Part shown: positions 1-11,802 of the stretch, piece after piece
Layout: every line of letters starts with the position of its first letter
Numbering within the stretch: position 1 is the stretch's first letter
NCBI RefSeq assembly: GCF_035084215.1
Contig: NC_090352.1
Coordinates: 27,652,001-27,716,000, forward strand
Reading direction: 5' to 3'
Length of the DNA: 64,000 bases
Source: Heptranchias perlo
Taxonomy: Eukaryota
Notes under the pieces: model-generated
What the model saw: only the letters and a program-made list of their open reading frames with translations
Told to the model about the DNA's origin: nothing
Databases searched by the model: none
Made by a program: the position numbers and the translations under genes

Positions 1-267
1 TTTTTCCCCCCTCAAGCCAAAGAGTAGCCCCATCAGCCTGAGATCAACTAACAAAGCAGAGACCATGGATTAAAACTGAGGTTTTTCTGGGTTAGGATTG
101 CACCTTGCTGTGCATTTACCTGCCAAGCCAACAGGGGAGCTGTTGCAAGTGCTTTAATCCAATAGTGCATTTTAGCACACAGTTCGAGTGACATAAGCGA
201 AGCCTGGGCCTAAAATATTAAACGGTCTTTTTTCACTGATTTTTGTCCCTTCCCTCAACCATTCTAG

Positions 268-338
268 GAATGAGAGAACAACTGGGCAGTCAACTGCCAA
301 ATGCTCTGCTACTGACACTTGAGTGGCGTTTGGGGGAT
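268..338 (+). CDS. Candidate internal exon of an unidentified gene (xMREQLGSQLPNALLLTLEWRLGD)
   Basis: Pyrimidine-rich acceptor ending ccattctAG (266-267), open frame, weak donor GTGTGA at 339; phase-compatible with 525-607. Confidence 0.3.
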
Positions 339-524
339 GTGTGACTGTGATAACATAAGTTTGCCTGCCTTCCAATTTGCCTTTCCTTTTTGTGAGGAAT
401 TGTTTCGGCTCTGCTGGACATCTCGCTCTTCCGCTAATGATATTTTTAAGAAAACACAGAACAAAATACAAGAAATAATTTTTCTTTAAAATGTACCATT
501 GATTTTTTTTTTAACATTACATAG

Positions 525-607
525 GATGCCAGTGAATTCCCTGGACAACGAGCAAACAAATGTCTCTGTTGCTGTAAAATGAATTCAACCCCGAATGCCA
601 TCCTCAA
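525..607 (+). CDS. Candidate internal exon of an unidentified gene (DASEFPGQRANKCLCCCKMNSTPNAILK)
   Basis: T-run then acatAG acceptor (523-524), donor GTAAAT at 608, open frame, phase-2 end compatible with the exon at 1285. Confidence 0.35.
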
Positions 608-950
608 GTAAATGAAACTCCCCAATAGAAGAGCAGAAAAGAATTAAAATGCTGGAATTGCACAGCAAGTCAATCAGTAGCTGAAACATTGAAGTCTTCT
701 CCCTACTCATCGGATCTCGAGAATGGAACTTCGTGAAGGGGCAATTCCATAGAAAATGTCTCAAGTCGTGCCTTTAATCAGCCGCATTAAAACACCAGTC
801 TCTCTTGCTTTTTCAGCATTTAGCATATTTGGCAATTCAGAAGGGTACACCCAAAACATCATAATCTCTTTACAGGTGCTGGCTGGTCTGCTGTGTATTT
901 TCAATATTTTCTCTTTGTTTCAGTGAATATAATTCTGGATACTAGCTCAA

Positions 951-968
951 TGGTGCCATCTAGTGGCA
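951..968 (-). promoter_or_regulatory. CTCF-binding motif
   Basis: Minus strand TGCCACTAGATGGCACCA matches the CTCF core CCACYAGRKGGCRC. Confidence 0.55.
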
Positions 969-1284
969 TTTATGTGAAATCCCACAATGGTGTGAAGCTG
1001 GAACCAAAAATAGAAGAACAAGTGGAAAATGTATAATAGAATTCAAATAATCACCTCCTGCTGATAGATGCCTAATGGGATTGTTAATGTTCATGTTATA
1101 TCACCACCTTTCATTGAGAAAGTTCAATTTTGTCACTCTATTCATCACATGTTGCTCGACTCAGCAGGTGAATACAACATGATAAATTATCAGAACTAAT
1201 AAGCTGGTTGTCTGTGCCATTGTCGTTTTTCATATAGAGTCTCCTGTTTGTGCTTTCATTTGTCATTAATTCTGCATTTTCCAG

Positions 1285-1309
1285 AGGGTACAAAGAAATC
1301 GATGATTAG
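1285..1309 (+). CDS. Candidate terminal coding exon (GYKEIDD*), followed by a short 3' UTR with AATAAA at 1430-1435
   Basis: Acceptor ttctgcattttccAG, TAG at 1307-1309, AATAAA then a GT/T-rich tract. Confidence 0.35.
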
Positions 1310-1469
1310 AAACATCAGACAATCCTCAGATTTCAATCAGTATCCTTCACCATCCCGGTCAACTGAATTTTTGTTATATAATCCCCGAGGTTTCCTGAAT
1401 TTTAAGCTTTGAAGTATATCTTTTTAGTCAATAAATAGATCGTGTTTTTCCTTGTCCCACTGCTGTTGC

Positions 1470-1831
1470 TTTACTGAGGGAGTGCTGCACTGTCGAAGGT
1501 GCCATCTTTCGGATGAGACGTCAAACCAAGGCCCACTGCCCTCTCAGGTGGATGTAAAAAATCCCATGGCATTATTCGAAGATGAGCAGGGGAGTTCGCC
1601 CCGGTGTCCTGACCAATATTTATCCCACAACCAACACCTAAAACAGATTATCTGGTCATTTATATCGTTGCTGTTTGTGGGAGCTTGCTGTGCCCAAATT
1701 GGCTGCCCCATTTCTTACATTACGGCAGTGACTATACTTCAAAAAAGTACTTCATTGGCTGTAAAGCTCTTTGGGACGTCCTGAGGTCGTGAAAGGTGCT
1801 ATAGAAATGCAAGTTCTTTCTTTCTTTCTTT
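1470..1831 (+). mobile_element. Deu-domain SINE (SacSINE1/AmnSINE1-like), 5'-truncated
   Basis: Deu-domain motifs (GGATGAGACG, CAGGTGGATGTAAA, GCTGTTTGTGGGA-CTTGCTGTGC-CAAATTGGCTGCC), L2-like tail GGTGCTATAGAAATGCAAG then (TTTC)n. Confidence 0.8.
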
Positions 1832-2851
1832 ACTATCCAAGAACAAGGTTTTTAAAAATTATCATTCGTCATTAGGTTTGTTTATGGAAACCATAGTTTT
1901 GCTCTTAACACAAGACAAAAGCACAGCTGTCACTGACTGCGTGGAAAGTGTTTGGCAGATTGCAATAGGCTCAAGGCCAGGCCTGAGACCAACTCAGATC
2001 TCAGCTGATTCTGTGAAATTCTATTGATGGTGTCTCTTTAAGTCAGTTGTCAGCCAATGAAACCCATCACTTTCATTTCTTTACTTTTTCAGGGTGAGAG
2101 AATGTTTTTATGATATATTGCGGCCTCTCCAGCTTCTTTGGACCTCCCTGCAGGTCGAAGGCTTGTTCCCAAGGCCTTTGCCGATACCTCTCCAAAACCA
2201 ACTACTCAATGTGTGCCTCGTCTCCTTCCCTACGTGGAAGCTCCTGGCCCTCTGCTCAGCACCTCACGGCTGAGCTCAATTCCTCATTGTGCGGAAAGTC
2301 CTGGCCTCGGCTTACATTCTACCACTTCACGGTGCAGCTCCAAGCAGAGCTCCCCTTTGTGATCACAATCCAGCACTTGGCTGTTTGACTCCGTCATTCC
2401 CAACACTGGGATTTTTCAATCCAACTGGGAAGATGGCAAGGAGAAATGATTCACGTCTGCATAGGTAGAGGACTAAGGTCATGGTAAGATGTGAACAGCC
2501 TCAATCTGGTGTAACTGAGGTGTGGCAGGGCAAGGGAGACATTTTTAAGAAATTACAATTTATGTATTTCTCCCAGTATACAGTTTCTCAATGTAAAACC
2601 ATTGAGTACAGTCGCTGAGGATTGTTCCCAGTGACTGAACTAGGAGAAGTACAGGATCCTGCCTCGTAGCATCAGTAAAAGCATATCCACTGTAGTTCAA
2701 ACAGTCAAATGGAGAAAAAGAATCGAGGAACCTCAAACCACAAGAGATTGGAAAGATTCCTGCCTTTCAGGGAGGAGAAAGCAGAATTCTCTTTAATATT
2801 TTTTGGGGTGGGATTTTATCCATTTATTTTCTTCACAATTACAAGTGATTT

Positions 2852-3163
2852 AAGAACATTAGAAATATGAGCAGGAGTAGGCCATACGGCCCCTCGAGCC
2901 TGCTCCGCCATTTAATATGATCATGGCTGATCTTTGACCTCAACTCCACTTTCCCGCCCAATCCCCATATCCCTTGATTCCCTTAGAGTCCAAAACTCTA
3001 TCGATCTCAGTCTTGAATATACTCAATGACTGAGCATCCACAGCCTTCTGGGGCAGAGAATTCCAAAGATTCACCACCCTCTGAGCAAAGAAATTTCTCC
3101 TCATCTCAGTCATAAATCGCCTACCACTCATCCTGAGACTATGCCCCCTAGTTGCAGACTCTC
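2852..3163 (-). mobile_element. CR1 LINE 3' fragment
   Basis: ORF2 C-terminus TRGHSLR...RRNFFAQRVVNLWNSLPQKAVDA and CR1 3' UTR hairpin/tail. Confidence 0.9.
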
Positions 3164-3529
3164 TGTTTATTTCTTTATTTGTCATCTTCCTCTCCTGTTA
3201 GATTATTCCCACCATCCTGTTGTCTTTCTACAGGAGTGGGAAAGGACAGAGCAGCCCAGCTAGCAGTCTCCTCCATGACACCCATCAATGCCATACTCCA
3301 ACTGGCCAACCCAGGCAGGCCCGCTCCCCAAGCTGGGTCACATGACCACCCGGCCCTCCTCCTCCTCGCAGCTGAACTGAGTGAAGCCCGATGAAAATTG
3401 CCTAATGAGGCAAACAATATCGAATGACAATCAAGCCAAGGGGTTAAAACTCAACTGTTGGACTTAAAGCATGGTTCTCAAAATGGGTTCCTGAATTTTA
3501 AAAAAAATCACACTTTCATTTTATGCTCC

Positions 3530-3535
3530 TTTATT
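3530..3535 (-). terminator. Putative poly(A) signal of the ARMC12-like gene
   Basis: AATAAA on the minus strand about 55 nt after the stop codon. Confidence 0.5.
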
Positions 3536-3589
3536 TTCTTCTTTTTTTAAAAAAAAAGTCCGTTCTTTCACATACACTTTACAAATACC

Positions 3590-4564
3590 TCACCCTAAGT
3601 TTGTGACTATCCGAGCAGCCTGCAGCTTAATTCTGTCATCTGGGAAAGCCATTAAATAGATAAGCCTGCTCGAAAACTGTGAGTTGGGGCCAAACAACAG
3701 GACAAAAATCGACTTCTCGCAGTATTCGTGCTTGCTCGACCTGTAGGGGAGACTCCTCCTGATCTCATTCAGATTGCTTATTAATAAGAGGAGATCATTC
3801 AGAACATCCTGCCGTTGAAAATAATTAAACAGGAAAAGGAAGGAAGCTTGAACCTGCACATTGAGTATGTCGAACGTCAGGTCCAAGTTTGTAGAAAAGT
3901 TGATGAGGATTTGTAACACTTGGAACTTGATGCTGGATGACCCCGTTTGCAGCAAGTGGAAGAAATCTGGGATTACATGTTTCAGCATGTGATGGTTCTG
4001 GTGACTGTGGGACATCTTGGTGAGGAACCTCAGACATGGCAACTGTTCGAACTCTTGGAATGTCGAAGTGGTCAATTTTAGGACCTGAGGGATATATTTA
4101 ACCAGCAGGTCACGATTTATGGGATCGTTACTGAGGAAATTGAAAACCGTCACAGCGCTGACCTTGATGTAGTTGAGTGGATCCTCCAGTGATTCCGCAA
4201 TGATGGAAAGGCCACCTTCAGAACGGAATAGCTCCTGGCTGGTCGAAAAGCCAGGGATGCGATAAATACTCGTCAGAATGGTTCCTCTAATAACAGGATC
4301 TTTACTTTCATGAAGAATAGTCAAAACTGTCTTCAGGTCCTGAAGATTCACCTTGACAGAGTTTGATGAAACAGAGTGATCTCCCACAGCACCAATACTG
4401 TCCAGGGTACTGTTCCCACACCTGTCAATGAGCAGGTCTTCATCCTCCTCCTTCTGAGTGACTAGTCCTGATCGGACAGCTCTGTATAGTAAATATGCAG
4501 CTCCTGCACCTGTTAAAATCCCTATTAACTTCTTCCTACATGGTTCATCAAAGAGTTCCCCCAT
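3590..4564 (-). CDS. ARMC12: Armadillo-repeat (Arm_2-type) protein of the ARMC10/ARMC12/ARMCX family, closest by motif to ARMC12; 324 aa, single coding exon, N-terminal hydrophobic anchor
   Basis: Intact ORF with Kozak AAAATGG. RKKLIGILTGAGAAYLLYRAVRSG, DLTFDILNVQVQASFLFLF and LFGPNSQFSSRLIYLMAFPDDRIKLQA align with recalled human ARMC12 segments (RKSVVSLATGAGAIYLLYKAIKAG, DLLYDILNCQVHSNFLNLF, LFGEESRLADRLLALVIHPEEDVQIQA). Family assignment is strong; ARMC12 orthology is less certain. Confidence 0.75.
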   Translation of the reverse strand: MGELFDEPCRKKLIGILTGAGAAYLLYRAVRSGLVTQKEEDEDLLIDRCGNSTLDSIGAVGDHSVSSNSVKVNLQDLKTVLTILHESKDPVIRGTILTSIYRIPGFSTSQELFRSEGGLSIIAESLEDPLNYIKVSAVTVFNFLSNDPINRDLLVKYIPQVLKLTTSTFQEFEQLPCLRFLTKMSHSHQNHHMLKHVIPDFFHLLQTGSSSIKFQVLQILINFSTNLDLTFDILNVQVQASFLFLFNYFQRQDVLNDLLLLISNLNEIRRSLPYRSSKHEYCEKSIFVLLFGPNSQFSSRLIYLMAFPDDRIKLQAARIVTNLG

Positions 4565-7057
4565 TTTAAATTGGTATTACTTCCCAAAGCTGCCAGATTG
4601 ACCAAATTTGGCATCAAACTGTTGTAAACTGTGCACATATTGTTCCAATTAAATCCTGCATTCTGCGCATGCAATACCTTTCAAAGTTTTGCAATAATTG
4701 TGTCATAATGATACCTGACATCATAATAGTGGACATACACAATGCAGCAATGACCAGTTACAATTAATATTGGCCCTGTGACCAGTGCAACACCACACTT
4801 CAAAGAAACACAATGTAATCGTTGGCAATGCGCTATAGCAATGGTGTGTTTCATAGCCCATCACTGCTCACTCTACCTCCATCGAAGTAAGCAGCAACAC
4901 TTCATAACAACATTGTTCACCAATCCCATCACTAAGTTTCTTACCTCCATAATAGTTTAAAAAATACTTGCACAGAAAATTTTCTGCAATGTGCTGACAG
5001 TTCTTAAAATACAAAGGGCATGGTGTTATAGCCTAGGTTATATGCTCAAGTCTGTGGAGTGGGGGTTAGCTGGATTACTAGTGGGATGTGATTGGATGGG
5101 CCCTTTCTCATTCTTGACGTTTCTGACACTGGGGTAGAGTTGACAGCAGATGGCTGATCACTGCCCTCAATCAGGAGTAAGTGTAACATTACCCTACACA
5201 GCTGCGCAAAATCTCAACAAAATTACATTTTGTAAAAATTTATCCATAACACAAATGAAGAATATTCTGAATAGTTTTCTAATTGATCCACAATGTCTAC
5301 AGTCAGAAAGAAACAGAAAATGCAACAGCGCAATTCATCCGCAAAGTTTCAATCCTGAATTATTCATTTTAGAATATAAATTAAACCAAAGTACCCCAAG
5401 GAAAATCATTGTGTGACATACTGGACTGAAAGTAATTGCACTTTGGTTCAAAAGTAGGCCAAATGCAGGCAGGGGGCATGAATGTTTCATTTCATATAGG
5501 GATTGCTGCCTTCTCTTTAGAAAAAGACTTTAATCTTATCTGATTAAAACAATGCCTGTTTTATTAATGGATGATACTTGTCTGTGGCCAACCTGAGTTT
5601 TAGTTATGTTCGTTGCAGAAGATATTAATGTGCACTCTACGTATTAATCAGATAGCTAAAGTTCATCTGTGAACAACATCAACCCAACTTTTGTATGATT
5701 TAGCACTATTCCCCTTTGAATTAAACATCCATATGTCCACACCCTGTTCAAACCATGGGCTGAACCAGACACAGGATATTCTATACCATGATGTTAATGT
5801 TGGTCCACCTGGTAGATGGACACAGTAAGAGAGACAGTCGCTTAAGATGGGCGATACTGAGAGGGACTTTTGGAAGGGCACTGAACCATGCAAAGAACAA
5901 TTTTTCTCTGAACACACGGCACTACATCAGTGATCCTTCAGTCTGCTCAGATAGAGTTTGGATGTAGCTCGAGATCCTCTGCAATTAAACAGCTCATTCC
6001 ATTGTCAGACTGTGTCATTACATTGCCACTGACTGTACCAGGATCTATCTGCACTGGCTCATTAATACTGCATTTTAGTTGCTTCCTTAGCCGACCCTGG
6101 GTTGGCAAGATGGATGGCACCCCTCCTGCCCTACATTCCCATCTCTAACACCAGCTTAAAAGCAGTGTGGTTGAGCACCATTTTATCCAGCCAAAAACAA
6201 ATCAAATTGTTTTACGCAAGGGCTACAAAGAAACCCATTTACAGTGTCAGCACCTTCAGGTGAAAGTTTCAGGTTATAATTAATAGAAACAGCTACTGTA
6301 GATGGGTCACCTTTTGCTTCTTCTGGAAGTAATGGGAAGTTAGTGTCACAGCCCAACAATAGCCAAAGACTCTTTGAAGTGAGGCATGTAAAATGAAGCC
6401 AGGATGACAAAAGACAGATGGAAAAGGAGGATAAAATATGAAATGTCTAATGGAGGAGGAGGCCGCAGTGATAAATAATCTTACCCTGTGAATTTGCTAA
6501 CTGCTCAAATGATTTTTGTACTTCTGAGGTCATTATTCTGCACTAAGGAGTGAGCAAGAGGCAATAGAGATTCAGGCAGACAGAAACGGAAAGACAGGGA
6601 AGCAGATACAGATGCAAAAAACGAAGAGAGAAAGAAACAGGCAGTCAGATCAGAGGACAAACTGGGGAGCGATTAGGTAGACAACAAAAATGGACAGTCA
6701 TCGAAGAAAAGATAGGAAGAGAGAGAGACGAAGATAGAATCCTGGTCATTCTATCTTCAGACAATGTTGCAGTATAACAATGGTTTTAATCTCTTTTTCT
6801 GCTACCAAACTTGCTTCAATTGATATACGAACATACGAAATATGACAGACAGGCAAAGACCTACCCGTCCATCCAGCCTGTCCAACAGCTTCCTTGTTGT
6901 TAACGTTTCTGGTTATGTAAGGTAGATGCACTCTGCTCAATATATCAACAAGAAGCATTTCCAAACCTCGTAGACATATCCTGGGCCACCACCCCTTGTT
7001 CTGTGAGCTTTGATGAATCCTCCATCATCATAATGTTCTTGTGATTGACTGTCACAA

Positions 7058-8002
7058 GTTACATTGAGTTACATCGAAACTACAGCACAGAAACAGGCCA
7101 TTCGGCCCAACTGGTCTATGCCGGCATTTATGCTCCACATGAGCCTCCTCCCTCCGTACTTCATCTAACCCTATCAGCATACCCTTCTATTCCTTTCTCC
7201 CTCATGTGCTTATCTAGCTTCCCCTTAATTGCATCTATGCTATTTGCCTCAACTACTCCTTGTGGTAGCGAGTTCCCCATTCTTACCACTCTTTGGGTAA
7301 TGAAGTTTCTCCTGAATTCCCTTTTGGATTTATTAGCGACTATTTTATATTTATGATCTCTAGTTTTGGAATCCCCCACAAGTGGAAACAGTTTCTCGAT
7401 GTCTACCCTATCAAACCCTTTCATTATCTTAAAGTCCAATATCAGGTCACCCCTCAGCCTTCTCTTTTCCAGCCTGTTCAGCCTTTCCTGATAAGTATAT
7501 CCTCTCAGTTCTGGTATCATCCTTGTGAATCTTTTTTGCACCTTCTCCAATGCTTCTTTATCCTTTCTATAGTATGGGGACTAGAACTGTGCACAGTACT
7601 CCAAGTGTGGTCTAACCAAGTTCTATACAAGCTCAACATAACTTCTCTGCTTTTCAATTCCATCCCTCTAGAAATGAACCCCAGTGCTTGATTTGCCTTT
7701 TTATGATCTTGTTAACCTGCATCGTTATATTTAGTGATTTGTGTATCTGTACCCCCAGATCCCTTTGCTCCTCTATCCCATTCAGACTCTCATTATCCAA
7801 GCAGTATGTAGCATCCTTATTCTTCCTACCAAAATGCACCACCTCACACTTATCTATATTGAAATTCATTTGCCAATTACACGCCCATTCTGCAGGTTTA
7901 TTAATGTCTTCTTGCATTTTGACCTGTTCCTCCTTTGTATTAACTACACACCTCCATTTGGTGTCGTCTGCAAATTTTGAAATTGTACTTCCGATTCCCA
8001 AA
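7058..8002 (-). mobile_element. CR1 LINE 3' part (RT C-terminus and 3' UTR)
   Basis: ISKFADDTK, WQMNFNIDKCEVVHFG, VQKRFTRMIP, FRRNFITQRVV. Confidence 0.92.
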
Positions 8003-8101
8003 TCGCACATGTTGAATGACCAGCACCTAGAGTAGGGCGGCATCCACTTGGCACGATCTGAACCTCAGTGCTGTCCTTCTTGTTGTTCTTATGGTTTGTA
8101 A

Positions 8102-8562
8102 CAAGGATGATACCAGAAATGAGAGGATATCCTTATCAGGAAAGGCTGAAAAAGCTGGGGCTCTTTAAGGCTGAGGGGTGACCTGATAGGGGTCTTTAAG
8201 ATAATGAAAGGGTTTGATAGGGTGGACATAGAGAAAATGTTTCCATTTGTGGGGGAGTCCAAAACTAGAGGTCATAAATATAAAATAGTCGCTAATAAAT
8301 CAAATAGGGAATTCAGAAGAAACTTCTTTACCCAAAGAGTGGTAAGAATGTGGAACGCATGACCATAAGTCGTTGTTGAGGCAAATAGCATTGATGTATT
8401 TAAGGGGAAGCTAGATAAGCACACGAGGGAGAAAGGAATAGAAGGGTATGCTAATAGGGTTAGATGATGTAGGGAGGGAGGAGGCTCGTGTGGAACATAA
8501 ACGCCAGCATAGACCAGTTGGGCCGAGTGGCCTGTTTCTGTGCTATAGTTTCGATGTAACTC
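8102..8562 (+). mobile_element. CR1 LINE 3' fragment, same subfamily as 7058-8002 but inverted
   Basis: Reverse-complement match to 7070-7530, including the 3' UTR and tail. Confidence 0.9.
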
Positions 8563-11500
8563 TGACTTCTTGCCATTTGGGTCATCAAACAGTCTCCAAT
8601 ATTTGTCCCCAGGTAGAATATTGGCAGTAGCACCACATTTTAGCTGAAGTCTGATTGCCTTGTTGTTTATGAACATGTACATAATTTGTTGGTACAGTAT
8701 ATTGGTTTTATACATATCCAACAACTTCAAGTGGGAGAATTCAACCTTCGGCTGAGTTACAGTTAGCTTTGCATGAGTTTGTGTACCAATTTCTGGACTT
8801 TGGACACATGGCTGAGAAATGGTTCAGTTCTCTACATGTATTAAAACTCCAAACCCCAGCAGGCCAGGCTTCTTTCCTTCTGACATGACACCGTCTACAC
8901 TACTGACTAGAACTTTCCAAAATTTGTTGAGCTTCACCTCTCCTTACTAAATTAAATTTAAATTAAAATCCTTTCAGCTCCTTTGATGTTGCTTCACTAG
9001 CTTTACATAGGTCAGTACAAGCTTTCATTATCAATTCTGGTTCCTGTAAAAGTCACTTCCTAGTACTGTCAATCACCAGGAATGATTCTGACTTTCTTTA
9101 AAGCCCCTGAGTTACGTGTTGTAACTAAAGTGCAGAGACTCGCTATTTATGATTCTATTGTCTCATCGGGATCATTGTCCCGATTTTTGAATATATGGCA
9201 CTTATTAGTCTCTCAAACACATTATTTTAACTTGCTAAGAACAACCTCTATCAGTCTGATCTTCATCCATCTCAAATCAAAGACCATGGCTCTCTGATTT
9301 TATAGGTAATTACGGCAGGAGTTATGACATCTTTTGACTGTTTAATGAGTTGCAATGTCCCAGATTCTCTTAAAGCTTTCTTAATTACTTGGTAAATTAT
9401 CTGTCATCTCTAGTTTTGTTGGGAAAGGTACATTTTAAATAACAGATTCACAGAGCTGTACAGTGGCTGCATTTCCAGTGCTTAACATTTTAATTTGGCA
9501 TTTTAAATTACTTTTCAGTCAAGCAAAAACAGTAATTAATCAGTTTCGAGTACTTAGCTGAAAAGTACATGGATCAGCAGGAAGCTGGCTGTCATGACTT
9601 TTTAAATGTTCTTTTTCTTTTCTTCTGTATCTTCTTTTAAAACATTCTGGTAGATTCAGAGAGAGTTCCTTCCAATTCTGACACCGTGTAATGTTCCTTA
9701 TTAAGCTGAGTTAGTAACAAACTAGGAAAAACTTCAGAGCTTCAAAAAATGTGGGTATTTACGAATCAGTCATTCCAACAGCTATCAATCATACCAACAC
9801 CTCCAGGTCAGGAGAAACAGGGAACTTTGTGCACTTAATTACCGCAGATGCAGATAAACATATGGACCTGTGGGGCCTATGCCCAGGGGCCCAGTACAAA
9901 TACCCAGTAAAACTCACCATATCACAGAAAAACTGCATACAACTGTTGGACCAAAATATTTTAGCATTTAAAAATATTGTCAGAGGGGGGAAGGAGTGAG
10001 GCAAAGTTTGTGCTTTAATGGATCGGGTGGGGGGGGCAGTGGTGCATGGAGAGGCCCCAAATGTTCCGGGTGTCTGCGGCCGCAAGAATTCTTAATGTGG
10101 CTCTGAGCTATGGAGACAAAGTAAATCATGAAGGTGAAACCAAGCCTGGGTTTTGGTAAAGTAGGACGATGATGATGAGGTGAGATGGCTTATTTACAAC
10201 TTAGGAAGAACAAAAGGTATAAATTCAGAGGCAATATTGATAAATTAGAGAGAAACAAGAAAGGTTACAGGAGGAAGAGAGCCAGGACTAAGGCTTAAGG
10301 TGAGAGAAGGTGTACCAGCAGATAAGTTTTTCCTTGTATTCTGTACAGGAGCGAGAGAGGTGTAGGACGAACCTTGCCAAATATGGGAGCAGTAGTCAGT
10401 TCATAGGCGCTTTATACAAGGAGTTAATAGTTGTTGAGAGGAAAAGGAGTGTTAGGCGTGAAAAAGGAAACCAAGCTGAAGCATTAGGATTGGAAGAGAT
10501 GTGGCAATTCCATTCAAGGTCAGGAGAGATAGTGATTTAACTTTATCTCATTAGTTTTGTTTCATCGTTTATCTGGAGTTACAATCAGTAAACTGAACAT
10601 TGCCACATCTGCATTGCCCGTGGTCCTGTGAAAAAATAAAATTCAGGCCTGACTATGCACATTACACATTGTGCAACAAGCACTGTGAGAATGGAGTAGT
10701 TGCTCATATATTGATCATTTCACTATTGAAGTGTCAAATTTTCCAGCGCACTTTTATTTTTTAATTTTTTACTAATCACAGGGGAAGAATAAAAACTAAG
10801 GGAAGCAAATGCACTAAAAAGCCACCATGGTAAAACGGACAAATAAGCCCAATCAGGAAAAAAAATAATCAAATTAGTGGAAACTACAGAGAGGGGCTAA
10901 GGTTTTATATTATCAAATAGCTTTATCTATTTTAATTGTATAGAAATCATTATACAAGAGACATTATAAACAGCTTAGACAAAACATAGCTTTACCTACT
11001 CAGGACAGTCACTAAAGCTTTGAGATAATATCTTAATCAGGCAAGTAGCATATCAGTAATGAATCAAAGAATTTAACTGTGTCCACAAGTTTGAAGTAAC
11101 CATTTCCTTCAATTATCATGGATCATGAATCTGTAGGTCTGTGTAATACTATATTATGTGCACAGTAAGAAAGTTAGATATTTTCAAAGTGGGAACAATA
11201 GCTTAATCTCTCATGTCTTTGATGACTTGCTCCACAGAGAACTTAATGGGGCAGAAATTGCTCAGAGAGGTGAACCAACAGTCCTCGCCGCTCCATAGAT
11301 TTATACTAGCCCACTAACTTACTGCGGTCTTTACTTCAGGCACTTCCTTGAATAGAGGAAGAGGAGAAGAGCCTAGCGTCAATTCAAGAGAAGCTCGGAC
11401 CCATGGGAGAAGCAAGAGGATCACACTCTCTGCTTGACCAATCGGATTGTAGCATTTTTTTGCAGCCGATTGATTTGAATTTTTAGTCTCAACACTCTGG

Positions 11501-11619
11501 GTAAAGAATAACACAGAACAATTTGAGTTTTGTCCACACAAACTAAGTGGGGCTGTCTTTTTAGTGTGACTGTCGAATTTACCATTGCTGCCACTGGTGA
11601 TTCTTATGGCCTCTGCTCT

Positions 11620-11802
11620 TAAGCTGCTTTATTTCACAGTAAGGTGAAGTTGTGAACGGACTCACTTATTTCAAACAGTACAATTATCTTTTTGCAGTAA
11701 TACAAAATAAAGAACACGCCATGCTACCGCCCATTAGTCGATTATCTTAAACAAGATAATTTCTCACCATTCTCTCTTGCAACCGTACCTTCTTGTAGCT
11801 TT
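11620..11802. repeat. Diverged direct repeat, copy 1 (copy 2 at 12580-12787)
   Basis: Shared blocks TGCTTTATTTCACAGTAA, GACTCACTTA-TTCAAACA-TACAATTATCTTTTTGCA-TAATACAAAAT, CATTAGTCG-TTATCT, CACCATTCT..TGCAACC-TACCTTCTTG. Confidence 0.85.

Larger units (their letters stand above)
6900..9400 (-). mobile_element. Highly decayed Gypsy (Mag/K02A2.6-like) LTR-retrotransposon gag-pol remnant, interrupted by two CR1s
   Basis: Minus-strand motifs in order: gag (YIFKNRD..DETIES..LLQEPEL, about 9000-9200), zinc knuckle (CHVRRKEA..TCRELNHFSAMC, about 8800-8900), protease (IRLQLKCGATANILP, about 8600-8660; NHKNNKK..VQIVP..PTLG, 8003-8100), RNase H end (EMLLVDILSRVHLP, about 6920-6960). Confidence 0.65.

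Noticed and set aside
20-145. tRNA-like sequence on the minus strand
   Set aside because: Degenerate SINE-head remnant with no cloverleaf; too diverged to classify
2110-2388. 92-aa plus-strand ORF behind a good acceptor at 2091-2092
   Set aside because: In-frame TGA at 2095 directly after the acceptor; no recognisable product
5660-6420. Coding-looking minus-strand stretch upstream of the ARMC12-like gene
   Set aside because: Multiple stops, no recognisable homology and no consistent splice model
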